The notes under the pieces were generated by a model. It was not told the DNA's origin. It searched no databases and saw only the letters and a program-made list of their open reading frames with translations. A DNA stretch of 38,390 nt from an uncultured Bacillota bacterium (GTDB lineage: Bacteria; Bacillota; Clostridia; Christensenellales; Borkfalkiaceae): NCBI GenBank assembly GCA_949287815.1, contig CASEHS010000012.1, positions 26,866 to 65,255 of the forward strand, in the 5' to 3' direction. Each line of letters begins with the position of its first letter. The first letter of the stretch is position 1. The position numbers were made by a program, and so were the translations under genes. Shown here in pieces: positions 19,045 through 26,684 of this stretch.

Positions 19045-20712
19045 ATGAAAAAGAGAATTCTTATCTTATCATTGTCGGTCACGATTATCGGTATACTGCT
19101 CATATCTGTTCTGTATACCGATATTTTTTACAGAAAATCGGTGGATACGGCAAAAGACCAATTAAAAAAATACTCAAATTTTTATGATTCGACAGAGGTT
19201 TTCGACGAAGCGGGCGCAACCGCACTTTCCGAAAAACTCGGCGGGATACAGGTGACCTATCTTCTTTCGGACGGGAATATCGTAGCGGACACGCTCGGCG
19301 AAAGCGGTGTTTCGGACGGCGAGGAAATTTCAGAGGCGTTAAAAAGCGGCGAAGGTTATGCCGTGCGTGCGGACGGCGGCGGAAAGGACAGGGTGTATTA
19401 CTGTTTCCGACTCTCCGTTCCCGTTCAGACGCCGCAGGGCGAAAAGGAAAATTGTCTTGTTCGGCTTTCCCTTACGCTTGCGGATGAATTTTCGGCATTT
19501 TCGGGCGCATTGCCCACGATGATCTGGTTTTTAGTGTTGGATATTCTATGCTGTTTCGGTTTTTCGTGGCTGGTATCGGGTTCGGTGTTAAAGCCTGTCG
19601 AGCGGTTCACAAAGGACGCCGCAACAGTTCGGGAAGGGGAAATCAGAACGGATACGCCCGAACTTAAACCCATCGCAAAGCTGATGAACGAAATGAATGC
19701 GGATATCGACAAGAAGGTAGCAAGGATCAAAGAGGACAGCCGTCTGGAAAAACTCATCCTCGACAGTATGGAACACGGTATCGTGATTTTCCGAGATCCT
19801 TCGGATGTGGTTCTCATCAACAAAACGGCGGTAAAACTTTTAGACTACGAGCAGAACGAACCGATCGGGCTGTTTTTGACGGATAAAGAGATTTCCACAA
19901 TTCTTTCCGATCGGGAAGCGTCGCTTGTATACAGAAAATTTTCAAATAAAGACTACGCACTGCGCTTTACTTTCGGGGAAGATTCGGCGGTGCTTCTGAT
20001 GACGGACGTAACGGAAACGCTTGCGGCGTCCCGCTCGAAAGATGAATTTATCGCAAACGTCACGCATGAAATGAACACGCCGCTGACGAGTATCCGAGGC
20101 TATGCGGAACTTATCGAGGCGAATGCCGTACCGCCCGAAAAAATAGGCGATGCGGCAAAGATCATCAGAAAGCAGAGCGACAGGCTCTCCAATCTCATCC
20201 GAAGTATCATCAATTTTTCGGCGATAGACAGTGATGCGCTTCCCGCCTTTGAAGTGAACGTATCCGATGTGATCGGGGAACTTCTCCCGGGGTTTGAACC
20301 GAAGATCGGTCAGAAAAATATCACGCTCACTTCTCAGATCGAACCGAACGTAAAAGTAATTACGCGCAGGGAACGCCTTGTGGAGATCGTAAACAATCTG
20401 ATCAGCAACGGCATAAGGTACAATAAAGAGGGCGGCTTGCTCGACGTTCGGCTTACAGGCGGAGAAGAGCCCGTTCTTACCGTTAAAGACACGGGTATCG
20501 GGCTTTCCGAAGAAGATAAAACGCGTATCTTTGACAGATTCTATACGGTCGACAAATCGCATAACGGCAGCGGCGGAGGGTTCGGGCTTGGTCTTGCGAT
20601 CGTCAAAAAGATCTGCAAGAGAGAAGGCTGGTCGCTCAGTGTGGACAGTGCGCTCGGCGAAGGCACAAAGTTTACCATCGTTTTTCATCAGAAAAAAGAA
20701 GAAACCAAATAA
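19045..20712 (+). CDS. Sensor histidine kinase, PhoR-like by context
   Basis: 555 aa. Two TM helices, extracytoplasmic domain, PAS-like domain, HisKA (ANVTHEMNTPLTSIRGY) and HATPase_c (GGGFGLGLAIVKKI). Confidence 0.88.
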   Translation: MKKRILILSLSVTIIGILLISVLYTDIFYRKSVDTAKDQLKKYSNFYDSTEVFDEAGATALSEKLGGIQVTYLLSDGNIVADTLGESGVSDGEEISEALKSGEGYAVRADGGGKDRVYYCFRLSVPVQTPQGEKENCLVRLSLTLADEFSAFSGALPTMIWFLVLDILCCFGFSWLVSGSVLKPVERFTKDAATVREGEIRTDTPELKPIAKLMNEMNADIDKKVARIKEDSRLEKLILDSMEHGIVIFRDPSDVVLINKTAVKLLDYEQNEPIGLFLTDKEISTILSDREASLVYRKFSNKDYALRFTFGEDSAVLLMTDVTETLAASRSKDEFIANVTHEMNTPLTSIRGYAELIEANAVPPEKIGDAAKIIRKQSDRLSNLIRSIINFSAIDSDALPAFEVNVSDVIGELLPGFEPKIGQKNITLTSQIEPNVKVITRRERLVEIVNNLISNGIRYNKEGGLLDVRLTGGEEPVLTVKDTGIGLSEEDKTRIFDRFYTVDKSHNGSGGGFGLGLAIVKKICKREGWSLSVDSALGEGTKFTIVFHQKKEETK

Positions 20713-20745
20713 GCCGAAATTGTGAAACTTAAAATTTTAAATCCC

Positions 20746-20773
20746 AACCAGCCGCAATTTTTTGCGGCTGGTT
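20746..20773 (+). terminator. Terminator-like hairpin after the histidine kinase
   Basis: aaccagccgca-attttt-tgcggctggtt. The downstream U-tract is weak. Confidence 0.5.
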
Positions 20774-20783
20774 GCTGTTTATG

Positions 20784-20829
20784 GGAAATTTTTTTGCGCG
20801 TGTAGGGTTTTTACGGAAATTTTTTTGCG
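20784..20829. repeat. Perfect 15-bp direct repeat GGAAATTTTTTTGCG, 2 copies 31 bp apart
   Basis: Copies at 20784-20798 and 20815-20829, in the intergenic region upstream of the fucosidase gene. Confidence 0.6.
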
Positions 20830-20853
20830 GAGAAATAAAAGCAAATTTTTCCA

Positions 20854-20882
20854 TTGCAAATAGATTCGGCGTATGCTATGAT
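20854..20882 (+). promoter_or_regulatory. Candidate promoter of the alpha-L-fucosidase gene
   Basis: TTGCAA (20854-20859), 17 nt, TATGAT (20877-20882). Confidence 0.4.
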
Positions 20883-20898
20883 TATTTTATACGACACG

Positions 20899-20918
20899 AA
20901 TTTTCCTATCGGAAAATT
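20899..20918. promoter_or_regulatory. Perfect inverted repeat AATTTTCC-TATC-GGAAAATT (candidate operator)
   Basis: 8-bp arms with a 4-bp spacer. Located about 15-35 nt downstream of the predicted TSS and about 40 nt upstream of the fucosidase ATG. Confidence 0.45.
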
Positions 20919-20957
20919 TTAATCGGATACGAAAGGGAGAATACGGGGAAAAATATT

Positions 20958-22157
20958 ATGAATTTTGATTATATCAGGGATTTTGAAGAGCTCAGCTACG
21001 GTATGTTCGTGCATTTCGGGCTGTACAGCGTGGAGGGGAAAGGCGAGTGGTATCTGAACTCTCATCCCAAAGCGTCGCGCGAAAAATACGAAAAATTGCC
21101 TAGTAAATTCAAAATCACCAAAAACTGGGCAAAAAATCTTGTTCGCACCGCAAAGGAAGCGGGGGCAAAATACATAACGCTGACAACGCGCCATCACGAC
21201 GGATTTTCACTGTACGATACTCAGGGGCTGAACGATTATGACGCGCCTCATTCGGCCAGCAAAAGAGATCTTATTGCGGAATTCGTGCAGGAATGCCGTG
21301 CGGGCGGAATCGTTCCGTTCTTTTATCATACGCTGCTCGATTGGCACAATAAAGACTATAAGGAAAATTTCCCCGCGTACATAGATTATCTTGTAAAGAG
21401 CGTGGAAATTCTCTGCCGCAACTACGGTAAGATCGGCGGTTTCTGGTTTGACGGAATGTGGGATAAGCCGAATGAAGACTGGCAGGAAGACCGTTTGTAC
21501 GGCACGATCCGAAAATACCAGCCGCAGGCGATGATCGTAAACAATACGGGGCTTTCCGCATTGGGAAAATTGGGGCATCGCGAACTGGACAGCGTCACTT
21601 TCGAGCGCGGCGCGCCGCAGTTTGTCGACAGGAGCGAAAAGCCGATCGCAGGGGAGATGTGCCAAGTCCTCAACGATCATTGGGGCTATGCAAAGAATGA
21701 TTGCAATTATAAATCGGTAAAAGAACTGATCGAAAACCTCGTGGAATGCAGAAAATACAACTGTAATTTTCTTTTAAATACGGGGCTGAAAGGCAACGGC
21801 GAAGTAAACGAAACGGATAAGTGCCTTTTGCGCGAGATCGGAAAATGGGTCAGAGCGAATAAGGGCTTTATTTACGGGGCAAAGGCTGCCGAGTGGCAAT
21901 GCGAAGGCGGTTTTATTTTGGAAAAAGGCGACGAATTGTATGCGGTCATTGAAAACGTGCCGATGAGCGCGGATCCGAACGTGACCGCTGTCATTTCCGA
22001 AAAGAAGATATCTTTGGACGAACGCCTGAAAATCCGCCGCGGTGTATGGCTGGACAGCGGTGAGAAAATAAAGATCAGAAAGAACGAATTTGACGTAAAA
22101 CCCTTTACGTACGGAACGAGCCTTTCCGTGCGCGTTGCAAAACTGGAAAAAGAGTAA
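20958..22157 (+). CDS. Alpha-L-fucosidase, glycoside hydrolase family 29
   Basis: The ORF opens at 20772, but GAAAGGGAGAA then ATG at 20958 (MNFDYIRDFEELSYGMFVHFGLYSV, the GH29 N-terminal signature) is the likely start. 399 aa, no signal peptide. Confidence 0.8.
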   Translation: MNFDYIRDFEELSYGMFVHFGLYSVEGKGEWYLNSHPKASREKYEKLPSKFKITKNWAKNLVRTAKEAGAKYITLTTRHHDGFSLYDTQGLNDYDAPHSASKRDLIAEFVQECRAGGIVPFFYHTLLDWHNKDYKENFPAYIDYLVKSVEILCRNYGKIGGFWFDGMWDKPNEDWQEDRLYGTIRKYQPQAMIVNNTGLSALGKLGHRELDSVTFERGAPQFVDRSEKPIAGEMCQVLNDHWGYAKNDCNYKSVKELIENLVECRKYNCNFLLNTGLKGNGEVNETDKCLLREIGKWVRANKGFIYGAKAAEWQCEGGFILEKGDELYAVIENVPMSADPNVTAVISEKKISLDERLKIRRGVWLDSGEKIKIRKNEFDVKPFTYGTSLSVRVAKLEKE

Positions 22158-22286
22158 ATCGGCTTGCTTTGACGGTAAAGGATTAAAAAATAAGGGGCGT
22201 TACCCTTAAAGAATTTAAAAAACGGATCGGGAACGCTTTCCGTAAAGAAATTTAAGAAAAATCAAAAAATCGGTCAAACAGAAAAA

Positions 22287-22328
22287 ATCCGCAGTGCGAA
22301 GTTATTCGCACTGCGGATTTTGTTTTTT
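22287..22328. terminator. Bidirectional rho-independent terminator (fucosidase / trxB-like)
   Basis: atccgcagtgcgaa-gtta-ttcgcactgcggat, flanked by A-run upstream and T-run downstream. Confidence 0.8.
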
Positions 22329-22340
22329 GATTTTAATAAA

Positions 22341-23252
22341 TTACAGGCTTTCCAGATAGAGGGAAGCGTTGGTTGCGGCGATCGCGCCGTCGGAAACGGC
22401 GGTGGAAACCTGACGCACTGCTTTTGTGCGGCAATCTCCTGCCACGAACACGCCTTCCGTCTTTGTCTTGCAGTTTTCGTCCGCTATGATATAGCCCGCG
22501 CTGTCAAGATCGGCTACGTTTGAAAACGCCGCGTTGTCGGGAACCTGTCCGATCGCAACGAAAACCGCGGGGATCTCCTGCCTTAAAAGGTTGCCGTCTT
22601 TATCGGTGTATTCTATGGCTGTAAGTTCATCTTCGCCTATGAAATCGACCACGCTCGTGTTCGGGCGCACTTCGATATTCTCTTTTGTGCGAAGTGTCTT
22701 GATGAGGTTTGCGTCGCCGAAAAATTTATCGAAGAGGGTATACATATACACTTTTTTGCAATAACCCGAGAGGAGCAGGGCGTATTGAAGCGCCGAGTTC
22801 GCGTCGCCGATCACGGCAACTTCCTGCCCTTTGTAAGCGGGACCGTCGCATACGGCGCAGTAGTAAACGCCTTTTCCGACAAGGTCTTCGCGGTCGTGTT
22901 TGGTTTTGAGGTGTTTGTGCTTCACGCCCGCGGCAATGATCACGCTCTTTGCGCAGTATTCGCTGTATTCGGTCTTTACGACAAAAGTTTTGTCGGGCTG
23001 TTTTTCGATATGTACGGCTTTGTCGATCTCTATTTCCGCGCCGAGGTCGGAGATCTGTTCAAAAAGATTGTCCGCAAACGCCTCGCCGCTGATCTCCTTT
23101 ATCGAAGGAAAGTTTTCAAGGCGCGGAGAAGTTGCGATCTGACCGCCCAAGCTTTCCCCTTCGAGAACGAGTACTTTTTTTCCGTTTCTTAAAGCATAGA
23201 GTGCGGAGGTCATGCCTGCCGCACCCGCGCCGATCACTATGATGTCGTACAT
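22341..23252 (-). CDS. Thioredoxin-reductase-like flavoprotein lacking canonical NADPH-binding motifs (candidate ferredoxin-dependent FFTR-type)
   Basis: 303 aa. FAD GxGxxG (VIGAGAAG) and redox-active CAVCDG are present. The second dinucleotide site reads VIGDANSA instead of GGGNSA, and no HRRD motif follows. The ATG lies 1 nt after the nrdD stop. Confidence 0.8.
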   Translation of the reverse strand: MYDIIVIGAGAAGMTSALYALRNGKKVLVLEGESLGGQIATSPRLENFPSIKEISGEAFADNLFEQISDLGAEIEIDKAVHIEKQPDKTFVVKTEYSEYCAKSVIIAAGVKHKHLKTKHDREDLVGKGVYYCAVCDGPAYKGQEVAVIGDANSALQYALLLSGYCKKVYMYTLFDKFFGDANLIKTLRTKENIEVRPNTSVVDFIGEDELTAIEYTDKDGNLLRQEIPAVFVAIGQVPDNAAFSNVADLDSAGYIIADENCKTKTEGVFVAGDCRTKAVRQVSTAVSDGAIAATNASLYLESL

Positions 23253-23253
23253 A

Positions 23254-25620
23254 TCAGCCGATACTCTCTATATATTTTTTGATTTCACTGGGATTATCGT
23301 AAATTTTGAAGCTGTCGCCGTCGGGAACAAGCAACGTGGAAGCGTTTTTGATGCCGTACTTGATCGCAGTCTCTTTATCCTGTTCTGCGTTGATAACGGT
23401 GTATCTGATGCCCGCTTTATCGAGGAGCATTTTGCTCGTCTTGCACTTAGGGCAGTTATCTCTTGTAAAGAGGATAGGAGCAGTAAGAGAAGGAGCGGCG
23501 CAGCAAGCCTGTTCTGCTTTTTCCTGCTGAACTTTTTTGGTTTTCAGCGTGGAATGCTCGATATCGTAGACTTTTCTGTCCTTGAATTCCTGAGATTTTC
23601 CGTCGTTCCAGTTCTGAACGGGGCGGTAGTAACCGGTTATACGGCTGTATACTTCCGTTTTAGCTCCGCAGTGCGGGCAGGTGAACTGTTCGCCTGCAAG
23701 GTAACCGTGATCCTTACAGATGGAATAGGTCGGGGAAAGTGTGTAGTAGGGCAGTTTGTAGTTGTCTGCGATTTTCTTGACGAGAGCGGCAGCCGCTTTC
23801 CAGTCGGGCAGTTTTTCGCCGAGGAAGGCGTGGAATACCGTACCGGAAGTGTAGAGGGTCTGCAATTCGTCCTGAATATCGAGCGCGTCGAAGATGTCCT
23901 CGGTAAATCCGACGGGCAGATGCGAGCTGTTGGTGTAATAAGGCGTTCCGTTTTCGTTCGCCGTCTTGATATTGGGGAACTGTTTTTTATCGTGTTTTGC
24001 GAATCTGTATGCGGTGGATTCCGCGGGGGTCGCTTCGAGGTTGTAGAGGTCGCCGTATTCTTCCTGATAATCGGAGAGGCGTTCACGCATATGGTTGAGT
24101 ACGCGCTTTGTGAATTCCTGCGCTTCGGGGGAAGTCATATCCTTGCCGATCCAGCAGGCATTGAGTGCGGCTTCGTTCATACCGACAAGCCCGATCGTCG
24201 AGAAGTGGTTAGCGAATGTGCCGAGATAGCGTTTCGTGTACGGATACAGACCTTCGTCGAGGAGTTTGGTGATAACGGTACGCTTTGTTTTGAGCGAGCG
24301 CGCCGAAATATCCATGAGTTTATCCAGCCTTGACATAAACTCTTCTTCCGACTTGGAAAGATAAGCGATCCTCGGCATATTGATTGTCACAACGCCGACC
24401 GAACCGGTCGATTCGCCGCTTCCGAAGTATCCGCCCGATTTTTTGCGCAGTTCGCGAAGATCGAGACGCAGACGGCAGCACATACTGCGGATATCGCTCG
24501 GTTCCATATCCGAGTTGATGTAGTTGGAGAAATAAGGGGTGCCGTACTTGGAAGTCATTTCGAAGAGCAGGCGGTTGTTTTCGGTATCCGACCAGTCGAA
24601 ATTCTTCGTAATGGAATAGGTAGGGATAGGGTACTGGAACCCTCTGCCGTTGGCGTCGCCCTCGATCATCACTTCGATGAAGGCTTTGTTTACCATATCC
24701 ATTTCTTTCTGGCAGTCTTTATATTTGAAATCCTGGTTCTTTCCGCCGACGATCGCGGGCAGTTCCGCAAGATCGGCAGGTACAGTCCAGTCGAGGGTGA
24801 TATTCGAGAAAGGTGCCTGCGTACCCCAACGGCTGGGCGTATTTACGCCATAAATAAAGGATTCGATGCACTTTTTGACCTGTTCGTAAGAGAGGTTGTC
24901 CTTTTTCACGAACGGAGCGAGGTAAGTATCGAAAGAGGAGAACGCCTGAGCGCCTGCCCATTCGTTCTGCATAATGCCGAGGAAGTTGACCATCTGGTTG
25001 CAGAGAGTCGCGAGGTGGCTTGCGGGCGCGGAAGTGATTTTTCCGGGAATACCGCCGAGGCCTTCCTGAATGAGTTGTTTGAGCGACCAGCCTGCGCAGT
25101 AGCCTGTGAGCATGGAAAGATCGTGGATATGGATATCCGCGTTCTTGTGCGCGCGGGCGATTTCGTCGTCATAGATCTCGGACAGCCAGTAGTTCGCCGT
25201 GATCGCGCCGCTGTTGGAGAGGATAAGTCCGCCGACCGAATAGGTAACGGTGGAGTTTTCCTTTACGCGCCAGTCAGTCGCCTTAACGTAACTGTTCACG
25301 AGTTCTTTATAGTCGAGAATGGTCGACTTCATGTTACGCAGTTTTTCTCTCTGTCTGCGGTAGAGGATGTACGCCTTTGCGACGTCCGAATATCCCGCCT
25401 GGATAAGTACAGACTCCACGCTGTCCTGAATATCTTCCACAGCGATCTTGTCGTTTTGTATTTTGGATTCGAAATCAGCGGTCACTTTGAGTGCGAGCAT
25501 ATCCAGAATGCTCGGATGCGTCTGTTTTCCCTGTGCTTCAAACGCTTTGCCGATTGCCGCGGAAATTTTCTTGATATCAAATTCCGCTATTTTTCCGTCT
25601 CTTTTGATTACATTGAACAT
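23254..25620 (-). CDS. nrdD: Anaerobic ribonucleoside-triphosphate reductase NrdD (class III) with C-terminal glutaredoxin/NrdH-like domain
   Basis: ATG at 25620 follows GGAAAGGAG (the ORF opens further upstream at 25734). ATP-cone, Zn-ribbon CKDHGY...CPHCG and glycyl-radical motif RITGYY. A ~100-aa C-terminal extension follows, with linker ...EQACCAAPS... and a thioredoxin-fold segment ILFTRDNCPKCKTSKMLLDKAGIRYTVI. Confidence 0.92.
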   Translation of the reverse strand: MFNVIKRDGKIAEFDIKKISAAIGKAFEAQGKQTHPSILDMLALKVTADFESKIQNDKIAVEDIQDSVESVLIQAGYSDVAKAYILYRRQREKLRNMKSTILDYKELVNSYVKATDWRVKENSTVTYSVGGLILSNSGAITANYWLSEIYDDEIARAHKNADIHIHDLSMLTGYCAGWSLKQLIQEGLGGIPGKITSAPASHLATLCNQMVNFLGIMQNEWAGAQAFSSFDTYLAPFVKKDNLSYEQVKKCIESFIYGVNTPSRWGTQAPFSNITLDWTVPADLAELPAIVGGKNQDFKYKDCQKEMDMVNKAFIEVMIEGDANGRGFQYPIPTYSITKNFDWSDTENNRLLFEMTSKYGTPYFSNYINSDMEPSDIRSMCCRLRLDLRELRKKSGGYFGSGESTGSVGVVTINMPRIAYLSKSEEEFMSRLDKLMDISARSLKTKRTVITKLLDEGLYPYTKRYLGTFANHFSTIGLVGMNEAALNACWIGKDMTSPEAQEFTKRVLNHMRERLSDYQEEYGDLYNLEATPAESTAYRFAKHDKKQFPNIKTANENGTPYYTNSSHLPVGFTEDIFDALDIQDELQTLYTSGTVFHAFLGEKLPDWKAAAALVKKIADNYKLPYYTLSPTYSICKDHGYLAGEQFTCPHCGAKTEVYSRITGYYRPVQNWNDGKSQEFKDRKVYDIEHSTLKTKKVQQEKAEQACCAAPSLTAPILFTRDNCPKCKTSKMLLDKAGIRYTVINAEQDKETAIKYGIKNASTLLVPDGDSFKIYDNPSEIKKYIESIG

Positions 25621-25674
25621 AAACTTTTCTCCTTTCCCCCGTAGACTGCTTTTTTCGATCGGTGAAGTAGACCC

Positions 25675-25703
25675 ATTATAGCACCATAAAATGGCTTTGT
25701 CAA
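25675..25703 (-). promoter_or_regulatory. Consensus sigma-A promoter of nrdD
   Basis: On the - strand: TTGACA (complement of 25698-25703), 17 nt, TATAAT (complement of 25675-25680). Confidence 0.7.
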
Positions 25704-25746
25704 CATATTGTGGCAAAAAAATTCCGTGAAACACAATATATTGTGT
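25700..25746 (-). promoter_or_regulatory. Tandem NrdR boxes
   Basis: Box 2 ACACAATATATTGTGT (25731-25746) is a perfect 16-bp palindrome matching the NrdR-box consensus. Box 1 TCAACATATTGTGGCA (25700-25715) is degenerate and overlaps the -35. The centre-to-centre distance is 31 bp. Confidence 0.7.
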
Positions 25747-25788
25747 GTTTCACGGATAAAGATCAAAAATTATGAAATGATGAGAAAA

Positions 25789-26478
25789 TCAGCCGTTTTC
25801 GCCGCGGATGAGAACGGAGGGGACGAAAGGCTTTAAAATTCTTTTAAAAGTCTGCAATTCGTCGTCGGAAAAGGGGGTAAGCCCTTTTTGGAGAACGAAT
25901 TCGCTGTCCTTGAAGTTCTGTAAAAAATACCGCTTCGCGCCTTTGATGCGCTTTCCGATGTCGATAAAGTCTTCCGTTTTGTGGAATTCTTTGACTGCGG
26001 TGGTGCGAAATTCGTATTCGACTTTTCCCGAGAGTAGAAAGGCTATGCTCTCTTCGATCTTGGAAAAATCGCAGTGTACACCTGCCGTGCGCTCGTATTT
26101 TGCACGCGAATTTTTAATATCCATCGCGACAAAATCGACGAGTCCTTCTAAGACGAGGCTTTTGAGTTTTTCGGGGAAAGAGCCGTTCGTATCCAGTTTT
26201 ACCGCATAGCCGAGCGATTTTATTTTGCGGATAAACTCCTCAGTGCCTGCCTGTAAAAGCGGTTCGCCGCCCGAAACGCATACTCCGTCGAGTATGCCCT
26301 TGCGTTTTTCGAGGAAATCAAAAAATTCTTTTTCGGGGATCTCGCCTTCCGCAATGTCGAGAATCTCACCGTTCTGGCAGAACGGACAGCGGAAGTTGCA
26401 GCCCGAAAGGAATACCGTACAGGCAACTTTTCCCGGAAAATCGAGCAGGGTCGTTTTTTGCAGTCCTGAAATTTTCAT
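25789..26478 (-). CDS. nrdG: Anaerobic ribonucleotide reductase activating protein NrdG (radical SAM)
   Basis: ATG at 26478 follows GGAGG (the ORF opens at 26574). CNFRCPFCQN radical-SAM cluster motif, with a glycine-rich SGGEP loop downstream. 229 aa. Confidence 0.88.
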   Translation of the reverse strand: MKISGLQKTTLLDFPGKVACTVFLSGCNFRCPFCQNGEILDIAEGEIPEKEFFDFLEKRKGILDGVCVSGGEPLLQAGTEEFIRKIKSLGYAVKLDTNGSFPEKLKSLVLEGLVDFVAMDIKNSRAKYERTAGVHCDFSKIEESIAFLLSGKVEYEFRTTAVKEFHKTEDFIDIGKRIKGAKRYFLQNFKDSEFVLQKGLTPFSDDELQTFKRILKPFVPSVLIRGENG

Positions 26479-26623
26479 GGCATTCCTCCGAAAGATTGTG
26501 CATTCCATTATACACTTTTTTTCATAAAAGGAAAGAACTTTGACCCCTATTTTCGAAATGTTTGAAAATAACATAAAAAACCGAGCGGAAATCGGCGTAG
26601 TATTTTTGTGCGTTTTAGAAAAG

Positions 26624-26652
26624 TTGATAAAATTGCGGATTTGTGGTATAAT
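26624..26652 (+). promoter_or_regulatory. Consensus sigma-A promoter of the DUF2156-GNAT gene
   Basis: TTGATA (26624-26629), 17 nt, TATAAT (26647-26652). Confidence 0.65.
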
Positions 26653-26684
26653 AAGTTTTCAAAGAAAAAAATCGGCGAAAATTT

